A DNA stretch of 64,000 nucleotides, taken from NCBI RefSeq assembly GCF_006345805.1, contig NC_042997.1, positions 104,098,001-104,162,000 on the forward strand, written 5' to 3'. The stretch's first letter is position 1; the number at the start of each line of letters is the position of its first letter. Shown piece after piece: positions 53,686-64,000 of this stretch. The notes beneath the pieces are model-generated. The model was not told the origin of the DNA and searched no databases. It saw nothing but the letters and a program-made list of their open reading frames with translations. The stretch comes from Octopus sinensis. Taxonomy: Eukaryota. A program made the position numbers and the translations under genes.

Positions 53686-54085
53686 TAGGCGCAGGAGTGG
53701 CTGTGTGGTAAGTAGTTTGCTTACAAAGCACATGGTTCCGCGTTCAGTCCTACTGCGCTGCACCTTGGGTAAAGTGTCTTCTATTATAACCTCGGGCCGA
53801 CCAAAGCCTTGTGAGTGGATTTGGTAGACTAAAACAGAAAGAGGCCCGTCGTATATATGTATGTATATGTGTGTATGTGTTTGTGTGTTTGTTTGTCCCA
53901 CCAGCATCGCTTGACGACCAATGCTGGTGTGTTTACATCCCGTAACTTAGCGGTTCGGCAAAAGCGACCGAAAAAATAAGTACTAGGCTTACAAAGAATA
54001 ATTTCTGGGGTTGATTGCTCGACAAAAAATGGCGGTGCTCCAGTATGGCCGGAGTCAAATGACTGAAACAAGTAAAAAAAGAGAG
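53686..54085 (+). mobile_element. SINE family A, well preserved
   Basis: GGCGCAGGAGTGGCTGTGTGGTAAGTAG...CACCTTGGG...CCGTAACTTAGCGGTTCGGCAAAAG...TGACTGAAACAAGTAAAA. Confidence 0.85.
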
Positions 54086-54389
54086 AGATACAAGTCAATG
54101 ATACCTAATCGTCCATCACTTTAGTCTCTCAGTAATATGGGAGTCAAAGTTGTGAAAAAAATATAATGTATTTCACGTACAAATGTATTTTATATATAAA
54201 CGTACAAAGATATATAACCTACAAACAAATACATCTGAATACACAGGATAGCGGTCAATAATTTGAATGTATGAAAAACACGTACAAGAAGACAAAATGC
54301 TCAACACTGTGCAAAACGCAAAAGCACACGCAGTCAATCTAGACACCACGTATATTCATAAATTACCATGACAAAGAAACAAACGTATA

Positions 54390-55110
54390 CGAGATGTTAT
54401 CAAAAAGTTCCCGGACTAGTTCTGTAGCGCGCCAACACATTACAGCGCACTGTGTGTTCAGTGAGAGCTAACAGTGATCTTCATAAGGCAGTGCACCGAA
54501 CGGCACCCTCTGTTTACTTTGGAAGTTGTGAAATTTGTGCTTTTGTGATCACGTTATTGCTATAGTCAGCGATCTTGTCAAGGACAGGAGCAAGGAGCCA
54601 ACGAAAAATTTTCCATTGAACTTGGGAGGTCTGCTACAAGGACATTGAGCATGCTTCAGCAAGTTTATCGTAACGAGGCAATGTGTCGTACGCAACACTT
54701 CAAGTAGCACGCGCGCTTCAAAAGCGGAACGTCTCTGGAAGACGATGAACGATCTGGGAGACCTGCAATGAGCGTCACTCCCGGAAATGTGACACCCAGA
54801 ATTCGTCCCCCAAGGGAAGACATTCTGTGAGAGCAGCCGGATCTGTGGAGTGCGAAGAATTCACCGGGCTCATCTCACTCATGAGCTTCTTGCCAAAAGT
54901 GGTATGGTATCACATCTTCCCCCGCTTTAATCTCTAAGACGAAAATGCAGTTCAGAGGTCACCGTTTTAACACCGTTGTCGTTGGCGAATTGCAGAAGGT
55001 CCTCAACTCGCTTACGGAAAACGGCTTCCGGACCAGATTCCAAAAGTGGCAGGAACGCTGAGACCGGTGTATTGCTCCGCAAGCTGACTATTTCGAAGAT
55101 GATGCTGTTA
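54390..55110 (+). mobile_element. Internally deleted mariner (Tc1/mariner) transposon, right TIR missing
   Basis: TA then CGAGATGTTATCAAAAAGTTCCCGGAC. The N-terminal HTH region reads ELGRSATRTLSMLQQVY...ARFKSGTSLEDDERSGRP and the C-terminus reads RGHRF...FQKWQER*DRCIAPQADYFE. The catalytic core is largely absent. Confidence 0.85.
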
Positions 55111-55113
55111 AAA

Positions 55114-55254
55114 CTATAGTAGAAGACACTTGCATAAGGTGCCACGCGGTGGGTCTGAACCAGGAACCATGTGGTTGGGAAGCAAGATTCTTACCCAGTC
55201 ACGCCTATCTGTATATAAGTTTATAAGGGTTCACCGTATATCGGTTATAGAAAA
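55114..55254 (-). repeat. Duplicate of 49053-49209 (SINE A head plus its flank)
   Basis: Shared diagnostic bases, plus the non-SINE flank TAAGTTTATAAG-GTTC-CCGTATATCGGTTATAGAAAA. Confidence 0.8.
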
Positions 55255-55811
55255 GTTATTTTTTATTAAACATAGCTAGTTCGGGAACCTTTGATATCAC
55301 CTCTTACATACAGACACAAACACCTATAAATTAACGGGCATAGATAGATACAAGACGCATGCATATTTATACTTTCAATTAGTGCTGAAATGAACACACA
55401 GTCCTGAAGCCCAGGCAGACAGTCACATATGCATATGCGTACAAACATGGACAAATCTAGACACAACCAACCACACACTCACACACATACTAGCATATAC
55501 ACTCACATGCATACAAACCTATATACATACATGCATACGAGCATCAATATATAGGTGCGTACATACATGCATATATATATATACATACATACACATAAAC
55601 ATGCATACACACACACATACACACGCACGCATGTACATACACACACGCACACATATATATAGATAAAGATAGCTACACTCAAACACACACACACACACTT
55701 ATATATATAGAGAGAGCATGAGAGATAAAGAGAGAGAGAGAGAGAGAGAGAAAGAAAGAAAGAAAGAAAAAAGAAAGAGACATACACACAAACACACGTA
55801 CACGCACACAT

Positions 55812-55846
<35 letters not shown>

Positions 55847-55918
55847 TATATATATATAGAAAGATACCGACACTTAAACACAAATGCACACTTGTATAAG
55901 TACACACACACACACACT

Positions 55919-55949
<31 letters not shown>

Positions 55950-56199
55950 TGAGAGAGAGAGAAAGAGAGAGAGAGAGAGAAAGAAAGAGACATACACACA
56001 AACACACGTACACGCACACGTGCACACCAACAGGCGCAAAGACAATGACCCAATGAGTGCAATCCATCAGTGGCCTCAAATAAAACAGCAGCCAGAGGAG
56101 ACGAGAACTGTTATAATTAAGTCTATAAGAACAATTATCGACAGATTCTCTCTGGCAGTATGTCGTAAAATGTTTCATTAAAGAACCATCATCTCTGTT

Positions 56200-56950
56200 T
56201 TATTTTTCTCTCCCTCTCCACCTCTAATCTCTTTGTTCACGACCGATTCTCCTACCCGTCTTCTCACTTCAAACACCTATCTTTACACTTTCTTCGATTG
56301 TGTGTATTTAGTTATTTATGTATCTCTCTCCGTCTCTCTATAGACCTCTCTGCCTCCTCTGTCTCGCACTGTCTTTCTTCTCTTCAATCTCTCCTTCCGT
56401 CTCTTCTAGATTCCCTCACCTTCTATCTCACTCTCTTTCCCACGCACTTTCTACCTTCCTACTTCCTTCTTCACTTCTATGTGCCTTTCTCTCTGTAGAT
56501 CTTTCTCCCTCCCCCCTCTCTCTCTCACTGTCTTGTTCTATATGTAAGTCCTTGTTTCTCTCTTTCTCCTTCTCTCTTCACTTCTATATTTCCTTCTCTC
56601 TATAACTCTTTTCGCTCTTTTCTCTCCCCTTTCTTCTATCTCTCTTTCTCTCTGTAGGTCTTTCTCCCTCCCTCTCTCACTGCTTTTCGCTTTATGTTTA
56701 AGCCGCTCTTTTCTCTCTCACCTTCTCTCTGTAGCTCTCTTCCCAGCCTCTCTCTCTCTCTCTCTTTCACTGTCTTTCGCTCTATGTGTAGGTCGCTCTT
56801 TTCTCTCACTCCTTCTCTCGTTACTTCTGTCTCTCCTCTCTGTAGATCTTTCTCCTTCTCCCTTTGTCTTGCACTTGACGTGTAAGCTGCTCTTTTCTCT
56901 CTCCTTATCTATCCCCTCTAATTTCCTTCTCTCCCCCTCTCTATAGTTCA
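56200..56950. repeat. Long polypyrimidine (CT-rich) low-complexity tract with a degenerate higher-order unit
   Basis: CTCTCTGTAG(A/G)TCTTTCTCC recurs at about 56490, 56650 and 56838. Confidence 0.85.
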
Positions 56951-57180
56951 CTATCTAATATATTGTATGTGAGTATGTTTGTATCCCATTTTTATTATAT
57001 TTTCATCAACAGTGACCGCATTACCCATGACTCTTAAAAAGGCCTCTTTACAAGGAAGGAGAAAGCTATCCTCAGCTTTCCATTAAAATATGTGAGTATA
57101 TGTGTGTATGTGTGAGTTAGCATAATCTAAACTTTCTTATTCTTAAAAAAAAAGTTTGGCGCTAATATTTGGGTAAGCTT

Positions 57181-57277
57181 AAGGCGCCGATCTGGCAAAA
57201 ACGTTAGCACATCGGGCGAAATGCTAAGCGGTATTTCGTCTGCTTTTACGTTCTGAGTTCAAAATTCCGCCGAGGAA
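57181..57277 (+). mobile_element. SINE family B head
   Basis: AAGGCGCCGATCTGGCAAAAACGTTAGCAC...GTTCTGAGTTCAAAATTCCGCCGAGG. Confidence 0.75.
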
Positions 57278-57804
57278 TTTCAATGACTTGGCTGTCTGAT
57301 GACGCAAACCAGTCAATGTTGTTAACTGTATTTTAGATAACGCTATAATTTTATAAGAACTGTTCAGAGTTATCTCTCTTAGGTATTTCTAAGGAGCTAG
57401 AAACATCGTTCTCTAGGAATCCTGAAATATGGCGACACTGAACAAATAAGGTGATTTTACACCTTTTTACTATAAGACAAAATTTTCTCTATGGTAACTG
57501 CAGTGAATTTGATTTTTAGCAGTTGAAATATGTCAGTATATATATTTTAACTAACCTAAACTTTGCTGTTTTATATTTGAGAGATGAGGAATTATGTACA
57601 TTATTTGCATTATTTACATTTGACGGATGTTTGCCCTCATCTTGTTAACACAGCGTTTCGGATGAAAAGATATACAGAGATCGATAACAACGCATGCAAA
57701 CATGCAAGCATTGATATAAATATTTGTAAAGAAAGGCGATTCTGTGTTGTTACTTAACCTGTTAGAAATAGGAACCATATATTTTTCAACTCATTACTAT
57801 ACCC

Positions 57805-60170
57805 TGCTACAGTCTAGCGTATAAGATGAAGATTATCCTGGATGGTTCTGCCGAGGACTGCACAGGTTTGTGCCTCTCCGATCAGGCCATCCGTGACACG
57901 CGTCAATCTTTTTGCTAGCACCTTAGCCAAAAATCTCTGCGTTCAGCAGAGTGATGGGCCTAAAATTATCTATCCTGTCCCCCATTGTCCGAGTCCTTCC
58001 AGATCAGCGTTACCACTCTCCGGCGCACAGATCTGGGAAACCACCCATTCTGTTGTCAGTTCGCGTAAATGTTAGCCAGTAAGTGCCCGAACAAGTCTGG
58101 CATACTTTTATATAGCTCGTACGGTAGACCATCGAGTCCAGGCGCCTTACCACCGCGGCATTCAGCTATGGCTCCAATCACTTGCTGAGGTGTGATCGAC
58201 CCTTCACAGCTCTCAGCACCCTGCCCCAAGAGACGCGGCAGCCCGGCGAGGAAGTCCGTAAGGTCAGTCCTCCTGTCCGGTCCATCACTGCCCCTGAAAA
58301 GCTGGGTGAAGTGCTCCTGAAAAGCCTGACACATCTCCTTGGGTTCGTTTATCAACTCACCTTGTAAATTCACCAAAGATCGAATTATGAAATCATTTCC
58401 ATGTTGAGTCCCCACAACACGTGCCCATCCAGCGGCCTTTATTCCCTCGCTCCCCATTGCACGAAGTCTAGCTCTGACGATACACCCCATGTACTTGGCT
58501 TCGAGGTGCTGGTTGAACTCCAGTCTCTTCACATTCACCTGGGATGCGTCGCCAGTTCTCATGGTTTCCTCTCGGGCCTTAACTAATTCAATTTCCTTCC
58601 TAAGCCTCCAGCCACTAAACCTGCACTATATCTAATAGACTCAAATTTAATGGCTCTTTTGAGGGCGTACCACCATTTGTTATTGATAATGGAACCGGTC
58701 AACGTCCTCTGCATTAATAACTTAATCCGGCTTCTGTAATCCTCAATCGCCAAAAGTATTTCCAGTAGCCGTAATCCTGTAATCCTCAATCGCCAAAAGA
58801 ATTTCCAGTAGCCGGATCCCTTACTACATAACTTATCTAGGTTCAGTTTGCAAGTGACCATCTTGTGGTTGCTGTAACTGACCAGGTGATATTGTGGACA
58901 CGTAACTATATCTTTATCTAGTTTTCTAATAAAATTCCTGTCTATGTAAAACTTAGTAGATCCCGGAAGCCAAAGTTAGGTCTCCTATGAGTATCTGAGC
59001 CAACGTTATCCACGCGTGCATCGAGGATAGTGTTAAAGTCTCCTAACACAACTAATGAACGTGATGTGCCTAGAAACTTCTTCAAATCTCCAACTTGACG
59101 CTAGGCCAAGATCTTTTTTAAAATCGTTCCAAAGAATTTTATACATTTTAAAGTTTATTTTGTGAATATCAAATCCTTCTATTTTTTGTTCTACTGTCTA
59201 TTTTTTCAATGTGTAAAGTTGCTAGACGGTTCGCCAGATCTCTACTTGAGACGCGAACCGCCATATAGCAAATGTCATCATTTTTCTCTTTCTGGCTTTC
59301 TAACCTTTTTAGATTGCCGTGGTTCCATCATTTCCTTTTCTTTTTCTGGGGACTCTGGCTTCATTTTTTTCTTGGTCTGTACAAGACAACACCTCTTCCC
59401 TTCTTTTTCTTCTGGCATTAGTGTTACTTACGGCGCCAACGCTGATGCTTCTTTATGTGCTGGCCCCTTCTTCATTTCTTTCTTCTTGTTTTCGGCCTCT
59501 TTGGGCTTGCAATCTATCCCGAGGTGGCCCTTCTTGCCACACTGGGAGCATCAAGACTGGCGACCCTACACCATCACTACCTGACGGGTCTCACCAACCT
59601 CGATAATTTCGGTAATCTCTTCCAGCGTGGTTTGTTCGGCTTGTATAATTATCCGGACGTTTGTCCATGCCAGTTGCGTGTGGCTCCGAGTAAATTTTTC
59701 CTCCAGGCCCATCGTCACTGCCGCGACGAGCCACTCTGGGTCCACCTCAGGGGTAATATTATTGATTGTGATCCTAGAAGTCCTTCTACCCATGTACCGA
59801 ATGGAGCCGGGCTTCTTCTTCCGACTCCATCCTGACCTCGACAGTTGCAGAACGTCTTCCTCTTGCTACGTATTTTATCTTATTGGCTTGAGGCATTTTT
59901 CTATTTTAGCCTCCACAACGTAGTCAATTTTTATTTCCTTGACTTTGTATGCTTTGAAAATGAAGGTTTTCTTTCCTAACTCTTGTTGAATGCTCTTTGG
60001 AGGTGCCACTTTGATTTCATGTTAAGAATTTTTTTTTACGTTCTTCTTTGTTGTTAAGATTAAGCTTTTTTTTACTTTCGGTCCCGCCGCAGCGACGTCA
60101 AGCTACTTTACGTCCTTTTTTGAAGATGAATAGCGAATTTGCTCGAATATTGCGCTTTGACAGCTCCATT
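57805..60170 (-). mobile_element. Tx1/L1-like non-LTR retrotransposon, 5' half (ORF1, APE endonuclease, start of RT), pseudogenised and 3'-truncated
   Basis: ORF1 zinc knuckle CSQCGKKGHLGIDC (59509-59550). EN motifs VLGDFN (59032-59049), YIDR and SNH, then GYWK. RT motifs KAPGLDGLPYELYK, FRPITLLNAE, ILAKVLAKRL and QTCAVLGRTIQDNLHLIR. A tandem duplication of about 37 bp lies near 58735-58817. Confidence 0.9.
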
Positions 60171-61227
60171 TCAAATGATTATAACAACGGTAAAAAAAGA
60201 AAAGAATATCAGTGTTAATTAACTAATGCATTTGGGCAAGTCTATGTTTGTATTATCATACAATTGCCAAAAAATGTTTTAAGTAATCCAAAACTCTGCA
60301 ATAATCCGGTACAAATTTTTCATAATTCAAAACGTTGCTTAAGTTTTACTCAATATATATATACCGTCCCAAACTGTTTTCATTTTGTGTCCTCTATTTT
60401 TTTTTTCCTTTTAGCATGTTTTACTTTGCTTTTTTATTTCATTCATTTACGATTATTTTTGTTTGATTCTCTCTGCAACCCCATAAAAGTAGCTGCCCCA
60501 TAAAACCAAAGTCAAGACCAACGAAAAGAATTGGTTAAAAAGGAAATAAATGCAAACCACAAAATAGAAAAACAAACAAAAACAAAAACAAAAAATAAAA
60601 GGAAAATAAACAGAAAAACAGAAAAGAGGAAGAAGTAAAATAAGAGAGAAGAGATAACACAGATGGTAGAAGTCAACTCACGACGGTAGGCGCATGCGCT
60701 TATTAAGCATGATTTAGATGACATTGCAGGCGAGCAATTGAATTAAAAGAACACATACTGAAAGATGTCATTTTGAAGTGAAAATATAGGCTGGCTGTGT
60801 TAAAGTTGAGCGGAAGAACAGACAAAAGAATACAGAAACACATTTTCCTTCAATCTTATTGCTTTGTGGAACGTTGAAGGAGATACGAGGAAATATTCAC
60901 TATTAAAAGATGGCTCGTAAATTTCAAACACTCACTCAAGTATTATGCTTCCAAATATCTAACCCCTTTTTCTTATGTTTGTCGCTCTCTCTCTCTCTCT
61001 CTCTACCCTCTCTCTCTCTTTCTATCATCTCTCTCTACCCTCTCTCTCCCCCATTCTCTCTTCTTCTCTCTATATATTTCTTTCTTTTGTTTGATCCTCT
61101 CGTTACTTCTTTTAATCTGTTTGTTTCCCTTTGACGCCACACACACATACACACACACACATACACACACATAAACACACACACACACACACAAACACAC
61201 ACTCAATCACACATACAAACACACACA

Positions 61228-61269
<42 letters not shown>

Positions 61270-61328
61270 TACACTCACGCATACATACGTATGTGCATAC
61301 ATACATGCATGTGTGTGCATGTTTGTGT

Positions 61329-61405
<77 letters not shown>

Positions 61406-62014
61406 CGTGTGTTAAACTCCACACGTTAATCAGATTTAACAAATATTATGACTGATAAACGTAAATGGGAGGAGAAGGAACGAAACAAACATAGAATAAA
61501 ATTTTGCAAAGCCATGTGAAACTATAGAACAGTCCCTTATTGGCAACAGCATCAGAAGGGACAACAATTACGATAATAAATTCTACAAAAGCAAAAGCAA
61601 AAAAAAAAGAAAAAACAGAAGGAAGAACAAAAACAAAAATAAGATGATGAAAATAATATGGAAGCCTTAAATTTGTGGAAATTTATATCGGCAATAATGT
61701 GAGAAATAAGTATTCTAGTCAGAACTGATATTCTGCGTTGAGAGTAGAGTGAGACATAGCCAATCCGTGTCACCCTTTGTCACATTGTATTACGATGTGC
61801 GAAAATGATATAATAAAGAAATAAAGAAAACAAACGAGATACGATGGATGCGTAAACAGTTGTTCAGGGACATACAATTCAATTCGATGTATTAATACCT
61901 TAACATCGGGCCAAATAACGCTCAAGGACAGATATTTGCACCTTTCTAAACATACGTATCCACAGTGCGTGTGTGTGAGTATATAAAGGTATGTGTGATA
62001 TAAGTTATCTATAT

Positions 62015-62173
<159 letters not shown>

Positions 62174-63069
62174 TATATATATAATGTATGATGAATTTAT
62201 GGAATAAAGTTCCATAAATCCCATCAGTTTATTAAGAATTGAAAAAACAAGTTGTTAAAATTTATAAGTTTAATTCTTGCAGACCATAGAGATATAATAA
62301 TATAAATTCAGGATTGAGTTAAATTAAATATATATTAACTAACTCTTCAGTGCTGGAAGAAAAGATGTCATAATACAATGAACTTCAACAAGAATAGACC
62401 AGAAAAAATTGGATCTAAGAGAGTCACATTTGTATCCGTGTGAGAAAGAGATAGGGGTTCGTGTCGGATATTGAACCATAACTAACGGCTTCAATGGTTA
62501 TTTGAAGAAATAAGTAAAGATGTATAGGAGACGTTACCTCTATAGAAGAGTATGGAAATTAGAATTATAGCTCCATATAAGTAGCATGGGGCAACTATGT
62601 AGTAGAAATGTCCAATGGGAAGACAATACCAAATTTAAATTAAAATTAAAAATTAAAAATAACGGCTGAAATCAGTACGTAGTGTAATATATATTTTTTT
62701 TTAATCTATACAGAAGAATGAAGTTTAACGTGAAGTTGTATATGACAAGCTAATACTAGATAGTTAACGTAAACAAGTGGCAAAACGTACAGGAATGAGA
62801 ATGAGTTAAAGTGGTAAATTGATGTATATATAAAGGACTCATGTTCACAGTAAAAAATCATGATAGGTAACACGTATATAACACGCAATAAAGGAGAAAA
62901 TAAGTAAAAACAGAGAAACATTTATTAATATTACTATTAAAGTAGTATGTACTTGCGGTGTTTACAAAGACAAAAATATGAATTTAAAAAATAATAATAT
63001 GAAGTTAGAAATACTAAAGTAAACGTACATTTACTTTGGTCTATCTAACTTCATATTATTATTTTAATT

Positions 63070-63480
63070 CTGTACACTAATCATTACTGTATAAATGTGA
63101 ATTTATTATGTGGATATAGCAGCTGGAGTTTTCGAAACAGTTGTCCGCAATTATCTTCTTTCTCTTTGATTTTCGAAGAGATATTGACATCAGCAGGGCA
63201 GATGTTACTCTTGCATCTCATGATTCTTTTGCTACTATCTTCTTTTCCCTTTTTTCGAGCAGAAAGACCTGAAGTGGCCTATCTACTAAGAGTTAGATAA
63301 TCAGACCTTCTCCCATTTGCTATTAGTCTTAGTGACATTTTCTCAATTCCTTCGCGAGAGAAAGCATGGTGGATATTCAGACAGACTTCATCTGACTACA
63401 GCTGTTAACAGCTGTGCTCACAGTATGTTCGTATAATTGTCACAAAAGTAAGGACAAACCCTTGGTTATGCCTCAATTTT
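63070..63480 (-). mobile_element. R4/Dong-like RLE C-terminal fragment, decayed
   Basis: ICPADVNISSKIKEKEDNCGQLFRKLQLLYPHNKFTFI resembles the RLE C-terminus. LRHN lies upstream. Confidence 0.5.
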
Positions 63481-64000
63481 ATCACTGATTACATAGCTAC
63501 AGTACTCCTTGTATTTCTGAGAACCATTTTCTACGTTTTATAGGATGTCCAAATCTAGGTCTCAAAAACCAAGTACACGCTTCTATATGACTTGTTCGGG
63601 CCTATGAAATACATATCCTGCTGCATACTGCAAAAGATTTTCAAATTCAAATTCAAGGAAAAAAACAAAACACATTATGTCTGCTTTCTCTCTTTCTGTG
63701 GTAAATTAACGAGGCAACGACGCACTGTCTTTTGTAAAACAATGTTACATTACAATTTCTCCAATCGCTCTCTTATTCTCAAGGTGGTTTATATCCATTG
63801 CTCCCCGCCCTTTGATCCACAACGTTTGCAAATGGTGCTGTGTTCTCAATGTTATTGGTGCTGCCGTTTTATGTCGATAGTAGATTTTATTACCATTGAA
63901 ATTGTTTCCATCGGTGTTCTTCCTTTGGATCTTATCCATCGTACAAGCAGCTTGTGTCGCTCTCACTCTCCCTTTCCCCCTCGCTCTCTCTTCTCTCCTC

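Noticed and set aside
62300-62640. Additional RLE-type LINE remnant (NRPE-like motif)
   Set aside because: It is too decayed to support by eye.

Overview
Repeat-dense, AT-rich eukaryotic DNA. It is most likely intronic or intergenic sequence from an Octopus (coleoid cephalopod) genome, inferred from SINE families I recognise and the extreme microsatellite load, not from a database search. I can support no host protein-coding gene, rRNA, true tRNA gene or CRISPR array, and most ORF-track entries are microsatellite translations. The window contains: (1) decayed non-LTR retrotransposons, namely two Tx1/L1-like pieces and four R4/Dong-like pieces; (2) three Penelope-like element (PLE) fragments; (3) an internally deleted mariner and a hAT-like MITE; (4) a composite canonical Helitron and a Helitron2/Helentron deletion derivative that still carries an open APE-endonuclease C-terminus; (5) about 25 copies of three tRNA-derived SINE families; (6) many microsatellites. 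The most interesting signals are a minimal type I hammerhead ribozyme with an intact catalytic core (26795-26900, minus strand) plus several relics, small highly structured elements lodged in (TA)n arrays, and a tandem-plus-inverted micro-rearrangement at 39812-40966. I found no clearly novel multi-gene system. Boundaries of old repeats are approximate, about +/-20 bp.
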